Assembly: GCA_947626125.1 (NCBI GenBank)
Contig: CANQRA010000002.1
Span: forward strand, 1-61,435
Length of the DNA stretch: 61,435 nt
Reading direction: 5' to 3'
From: an uncultured Bacilli bacterium
GTDB taxonomy: Bacteria > Bacillota_I > Bacilli_A > RF39 > UBA660
The translations under genes were made by a program, and so were the position numbers. The notes beneath the pieces were generated by a model. The model saw only the letters and a program-made list of their open reading frames with translations. It ran no database searches and had not been told where the DNA came from. Of this stretch, positions 56,924 through 61,435 are shown piece by piece; within the stretch, counting starts at the first letter, position 1; every line of letters begins with the position of its first letter.

Positions 56924-59326
56924 TAAAGCTACCACTGGGTCTTTTTTACTAGCTAACTTCGCAGGTATCAAACCACCAATTACTGTAAGTAAAACACTTA
57001 TAATAACAAGGATAATACTACCTACGACAGGTAACTTAGATAAATTACTGATATCAACTAAATTTTTTAAAACAATATTAATTGGAATTGTTAATAAGAA
57101 AGTAATTAAAATACCGAGTAAACCAGCGCATAAACCAATAATAAAGGTTTCGGCATTGAATACGCGAGCAATATCTTTTTTACTAGCCCCAATACTTCTT
57201 AAAATACCAATTTCTTTAGTTCTCTCTAAAACACTTATATAAGTAATAATACCAATCATAATTGATGATACCACAAGGGAAATAGAAACAAAAGCAATTA
57301 ACACATAACTAATAATATCCACGATGGTAGTAACACTACTCATAAGTAAGCCAACATAATCAGTATATTGAATCTTGTTTTCCTCATCTTGTTTATCGTT
57401 ATATTCTTTAATTATTTTTTCTACTTCTTCTTTATCATCAAAACTTTTAGGATAGATATTGATGGCAGATGGTTCATCAATATTAACTACTCCTAGTAAA
57501 GTTAGATTATTCTCATATGTTTCAATACCTTCAAAACTCTTCCCCGTAAATATATTTATTTCTGTATTATTTAATTGTTCTTTAGCTACTTTAGAATTAT
57601 TATTTTTATCAATAATATAATTTGTAAGTTCACTAATATAACCTATACCTCCAGTTGTAGAATTAATGGCAGCTTCTTCATTTGGTTTAATAATACCTAC
57701 TACTTTTATATCTTCGCTTTTATTAATTAAATCTTTCATATAATTAATGTCAGTTTCTTTATTTACCCAAATACCATTCTCTTTTTTATAAAGGTCCGTA
57801 TTCAAAACTAGTTTATATTCTATATCTAATATTTCATCATAAGTATAATCTTTATTCGTGGTTTCATATTTTTCCCCACGCATCGTACTTTGAAATAATT
57901 CATATAATTCTTTTTTATCTTTTAAACCTAAACTATATAAAGCATAATCATTAACAGAATTATTTTCATCAACAATTAAAACTATTTCATTATATTTTTC
58001 GGGAAGTCTACCCGCCAAAATATCATATTGACTATTAAGTAATTTTTGATTATTAGTAAGTTCTGTCCAAACATTATAATTCATCATCATATTACCCAAA
58101 CCTAATTCATTCATAATATTTGATGGATTAATTTTATTAATGGTACTTGTATCTTTACTATAAATATTTAAATCAAAATTATAAACATATTTAATATCAT
58201 TTGTAAGTTCTTTAATTCTTTCATCACTCGTAATAAACTCTTTAAAATCTTTTAAATTATTGGTAGTTACTTCATTAGTTACCATACTCATCATATCGGT
58301 CATAATATTATTCGCATATATTTTGCCATCTTCATGTTTAGTACTATTATCACTAGCGATATTGGTCATGAATGATGCCATATCAACCGTTTGATGTTCA
58401 ATTGTTAATGGATAACTAGTCATGGTATCTTCTTGTACTTTGGCAATATATAATTCAATACCGTTAGATAAAGCCAATATTAAAGAAATACCTATAATAC
58501 CAATACTGCCTGCGAAAGCGGTAATAAAAGTTCTTCCCTTTTTCGTCATTAAATTATTTAAACTTAGCGAAATCGCCGTTTTAAAAGACATACTATTTTT
58601 CTTACTTCTCTTCTTTTTCTTGTCTTCTTTTTCTTTAACAATTACTTCATCATAAGGGTCATTATCACTTTGAATAACACCATCTCTAAGTTCAATTATT
58701 CTTGTAGAATATTTATTAGCTAGTTCGGGATTATGCGTTACCATGATGACTAATCTATCTTTTGCTATTTCTTTTAGTAAATCCATAATTTGAATACTAG
58801 TTTTTGTATCTAGAGCACCACTTGGTTCATCTGCTAAAACTATATCAGGATTATTAACTAAGGCTCTAGCTATAGCTACTCTTTGCATTTGTCCACCTGA
58901 TAATTGATTAGGTTTTTTATTAATATGCTCTTTTAAACCAACGCTTTCTAAAGCTTCAATAGCTCTTTTTCTTCTTTCTTTTTTAGATACCCCACTTAAT
59001 GTTAAAGCAAGTTCTACATTACTTAAAACTGATTGATGAGGGATTAAATTGTAGCTTTGAAAAACAAAACCAATTTTATGATTACGATAATTATCCCAAT
59101 CATAATCACTATAATTCTTCGTAGATACACCATTTATAATTAAGTCACCACTGGTATATTTATCAAGACCCCCAATTATATTTAGAAGGGTTGTTTTACC
59201 TGACCCAGATGGACCTAAAATCGAAACAAATTCACTTTCTCTAAAATTAATACTAACGTTATTTAATGCTTTTTGTTCAAAATTATCTAATTTATATATT
59301 TTAGTAATATTTTTAATTTCTAACAT
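56912..59326 (-). CDS. Fused ABC transporter ATPase/FtsX-type permease (MacB-like)
   Basis: 804 aa. GPSGSGKTT, LSGGQMQR, LADEPSGALD. Then a TM, a large extracytoplasmic domain and a C-terminal FtsX-like three-TM bundle. Confidence 0.88.
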   Translation of the reverse strand: MLEIKNITKIYKLDNFEQKALNNVSINFRESEFVSILGPSGSGKTTLLNIIGGLDKYTSGDLIINGVSTKNYSDYDWDNYRNHKIGFVFQSYNLIPHQSVLSNVELALTLSGVSKKERRKRAIEALESVGLKEHINKKPNQLSGGQMQRVAIARALVNNPDIVLADEPSGALDTKTSIQIMDLLKEIAKDRLVIMVTHNPELANKYSTRIIELRDGVIQSDNDPYDEVIVKEKEDKKKKRSKKNSMSFKTAISLSLNNLMTKKGRTFITAFAGSIGIIGISLILALSNGIELYIAKVQEDTMTSYPLTIEHQTVDMASFMTNIASDNSTKHEDGKIYANNIMTDMMSMVTNEVTTNNLKDFKEFITSDERIKELTNDIKYVYNFDLNIYSKDTSTINKINPSNIMNELGLGNMMMNYNVWTELTNNQKLLNSQYDILAGRLPEKYNEIVLIVDENNSVNDYALYSLGLKDKKELYELFQSTMRGEKYETTNKDYTYDEILDIEYKLVLNTDLYKKENGIWVNKETDINYMKDLINKSEDIKVVGIIKPNEEAAINSTTGGIGYISELTNYIIDKNNNSKVAKEQLNNTEINIFTGKSFEGIETYENNLTLLGVVNIDEPSAINIYPKSFDDKEEVEKIIKEYNDKQDEENKIQYTDYVGLLMSSVTTIVDIISYVLIAFVSISLVVSSIMIGIITYISVLERTKEIGILRSIGASKKDIARVFNAETFIIGLCAGLLGILITFLLTIPINIVLKNLVDISNLSKLPVVGSIILVIISVLLTVIGGLIPAKLASKKDPVVALRTE

Positions 59327-59473
59327 TTATAAGCCTCCTTTAAATAATATTATTATTAAAAATAATTAAGACAATTAAAATTATATTGAAATATAGTTAA
59401 ATATGCAAGTAAAACGACAATATTTCACAATAATTTCACTAATATTTTCAATTATAAAAAAAGAAGAAATATT

Positions 59474-60847
59474 TCATTCTTCATACAATTTGTTATAATT
59501 AATTAAATTTTCATTTAACTTATTATAATTATCTTTACTTATATGTACTTTTATTTGATACCACTTATCCATATCTGTTAATAAGGTTTTATTTTTAATT
59601 TGATTTAAAAAATCATTAACTACTGCACTAATATTATTACTATCGGTATATAAATTATATATATGATAATGGGTATGAATATAATTACTTTCATCTATGT
59701 CATAAACATCAAGATTACCATCCATTTTCTCAGAGCCATAAAGTTCCACTAGAATATCACTTCTGTCTTCAAAGATAACTTCAACATTATCATTATAAAA
59801 TATTTGAGCCATAACTAAATTATTTTTCATGTTAATATTTACTTCACTCATTTTATAATTATATTCTCTTTCTTCTATACGGTAAGTAGTAATTTCACAT
59901 ATAGATAGGCCAATAGATATACCTAGAACAATTAATGATGTTATAAACATTATATATAATTTTTTACTTTTAATAGTTAGGCTAAAGACTAATTTAACAA
60001 TTATCTCTAATATTATGTAACATATGATAATTAATGAAAGTAAAATTAAAGCAAAATAAACTAGTAATAAACCATAGTAAATAAAGTAAATATCAAACAT
60101 TAACATTGTACATAATAAAACAAATATAAAAGCGACAAATAATGATAAAACTAAACAAATAGCTTTCATAAATATAATAAGAGCTTTATATATATAATGA
60201 AAAGGATTAAAGCTTTTAACATCTCGAATAATGATTTTTTCTTTTTGGTTATTTACTTCTTTTATATTATCATTGAAAGTATCTTTAGTATCCTCTTTCT
60301 CTTTATAATAATCATAACAATCTAAATATCTTACTTTATATAATTTAATTAACAATACTAAAGTTATTATAAAATAGAAGGCTAGTAAAACACCTTGAAA
60401 CATGGAGAATATAGTATCCTTAATATCATATGGTAAAATATAGAGAATACTTTCTAAGACTTCATTAAATATAGCATGAAAGATAAATATTAGAAAGATA
60501 ATAATAACTAAATAAATCGCCATTTCTAATAAACACAAGATTTTGGTTTTAAAATTAAAATTGATAAATAATCTAATTGATTTAAGAAAATTATCACACC
60601 AGGAATTAATAATATTAATTAGTTTATTATTCTTTTTTTCTGTTTTAACTACTTTTAATCCCATTAATTCATCCATGCTTACATCAAATAGTTTACAAAT
60701 AGCTAATATCTTCTCTGTTTCTGGATAAGCATTATTTGATTCCCATTTCGACACTGCCTGCCTAGAGACATTTAACTCACTTGCCAAGTCTTCTTGACTT
60801 AACCCCTTACTCTTTCTTAAGTTTGAAAGCTTTTCGCCAAAACTCAT
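59474..60847 (-). CDS. Membrane-integral XRE-family regulator (N-terminal HTH, polytopic C-terminal part)
   Basis: 457 aa. LRKSKGLSQEDLASELNVSRQAVSKWESNNAYPE HTH, followed by at least six TM helices and an extracytoplasmic C-terminal domain. Confidence 0.7.
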   Translation of the reverse strand: MSFGEKLSNLRKSKGLSQEDLASELNVSRQAVSKWESNNAYPETEKILAICKLFDVSMDELMGLKVVKTEKKNNKLINIINSWCDNFLKSIRLFINFNFKTKILCLLEMAIYLVIIIFLIFIFHAIFNEVLESILYILPYDIKDTIFSMFQGVLLAFYFIITLVLLIKLYKVRYLDCYDYYKEKEDTKDTFNDNIKEVNNQKEKIIIRDVKSFNPFHYIYKALIIFMKAICLVLSLFVAFIFVLLCTMLMFDIYFIYYGLLLVYFALILLSLIIICYIILEIIVKLVFSLTIKSKKLYIMFITSLIVLGISIGLSICEITTYRIEEREYNYKMSEVNINMKNNLVMAQIFYNDNVEVIFEDRSDILVELYGSEKMDGNLDVYDIDESNYIHTHYHIYNLYTDSNNISAVVNDFLNQIKNKTLLTDMDKWYQIKVHISKDNYNKLNENLINYNKLYEE

Positions 60848-60882
60848 AATACCACCTCACAAGTCCATTTTATAATATAACA

Positions 60883-60938
60883 GTTAATTGCAACCACCAA
60901 CTTTCGGTGGAAATATAGCAAATTTTAGTTGCAATTAC
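60883..60938. promoter_or_regulatory. Inverted repeat (operator candidate) upstream of the XRE-membrane regulator
   Basis: GTTAATTGCAAC (60883-60894) and GTTGCAATTAC (60928-60938) flank an inner hairpin CCACC-AACTTTC-GGTGG. Confidence 0.4.
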
Positions 60939-61046
60939 TACTTTAGTATAACCAAAATTGTTTATTTTGTATAGAAAAGATTAATTTTAAAGAAATTTTA
61001 TTTTTTATCTGCTAAGTTTTGTTATATAATTATTTATGGTGATAGT

Positions 61047-61394
61047 ATGAAAAGAACAAAAAAATTTATTCTCTTCTTAATGGTGCTCATTCCTTTTAAT
61101 GTTTATGCTTTTACCTTACCAGATTTATATTCCGAGAATGTTTTAATCTATGATCCCGAATTAAATCGTATATTGTATGAAGATAACGCAAGAGAAGTAA
61201 AGCACATTGCTAGTCTAACTAAAATAATGACAACAATCGTTGCGATAGAAAATATTAAAGACTTGGATGAGACAATAACTATTACGAATACCATGCTATC
61301 AGAAATTCCTTCGGATGCTTCCGTCGCTGGTTTAAGAGTGGGTGATGTTGTTACTTATCGTGATTTACTTTATGCCTCAATGTTACCATCGGGT
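61047..61394 (+). CDS. D-alanyl-D-alanine carboxypeptidase (S11, PBP5-like), 5' part only
   Basis: Signal peptide MKRTKKFILFLMVLIPFNVYA. SxxK active-site box ASLTKIMT. The reading frame leaves native-looking sequence inside the expected SGN box (LPSG then ARA-stop). Confidence 0.7.
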
Positions 61395-61435
61395 GCTCGG
61401 GCATGACGCATTCCGCCGCCATGGCCGCGGAAATT
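61395..61435. other. GC-rich terminal tail, probably non-native (polylinker-like)
   Basis: gctcgggcatgacgcattccgccgccatggccgcggaaatt has abutting NcoI (CCATGG) and SacII (CCGCGG) sites. Its composition is unlike the rest of the window. Confidence 0.5.

Noticed and set aside
1-61435. Prophage, transposon, integrative element, tRNA or rRNA genes.
   Set aside because: I recognised no integrase, transposase, recombinase, terminase or capsid-like ORFs, no tRNA T-arm-like sequences (GGTTCGA type) and no rRNA segments. The accessory regions lack identifiable mobile-element boundaries apart from the repeats already listed.

Overview
This is an AT-rich chromosomal segment that uses the standard genetic code (TGA serves as a stop, e.g. 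at 34382 and 46642). It comes from a walled, low-G+C Gram-positive bacterium (Bacillota). An Erysipelotrichia-like origin is an inference from gene content, not a database result. About 85 percent of the genes lie on the minus strand.

Housekeeping content:
- An RNA-modification/tex operon: methyltransferase, RluA, U32, Tex.
- A trxB-like gene, lgt, a NatAB-like ABC-2 exporter, a CPBP protease and uvrA.
- mscS, sortase B, a GH3 hexosaminidase and tspO.
- The str operon (rpsL-rpsG-fusA-tuf) and the rplK-rplA-rplJ-rplL cluster.
- pheS-pheT behind a Phe T-box leader, and rubrerythrin.
- A SipW-type signal peptidase, a fabG-like SDR, a fused MacB-like ABC transporter and a truncated D-Ala-D-Ala carboxypeptidase.

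I saw no rRNA, tRNA, CRISPR array, transposase or integrase.

Most unusual content, in order of interest:
1. A translationally coupled tandem array of three sigma-70 paralogs (1052, 672 and 449 aa). Each carries a long C-terminal extension built from extra sigma-region-4-like HTH modules, and the promoter-melting residues decay progressively along the array.
2. A duplicated pair of large J-domain proteins, one with HPD and one with YPD. Each has a duplicated promoter with iteron-like repeats. They are preceded by two tandem 110-bp promoter / GC-rich-hairpin / terminator cassettes that are candidate sRNAs.
3. rpoB-rpoC are missing between rplL and rpsL. Five accessory genes sit there instead: a lipoprotein, two pilin-like small proteins, a small ORF and a Clp-fold SDH-type serine protease.
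4. A 734-bp non-coding island with a duplicated 63-bp promoter/hairpin module and a possible type I toxin-antitoxin-like arrangement.
5. A TrxB homolog lacking both redox cysteines.
6. L11 with an acidic extension of about 58 aa.
7. Two paralogous giant surface-protein plus divergent XRE modules, one of them next to sipW.
8. A GC-rich, polylinker-like 41-nt tail at the window end that is probably not native sequence.

All functional calls rest on motifs read by eye. No searches were run.
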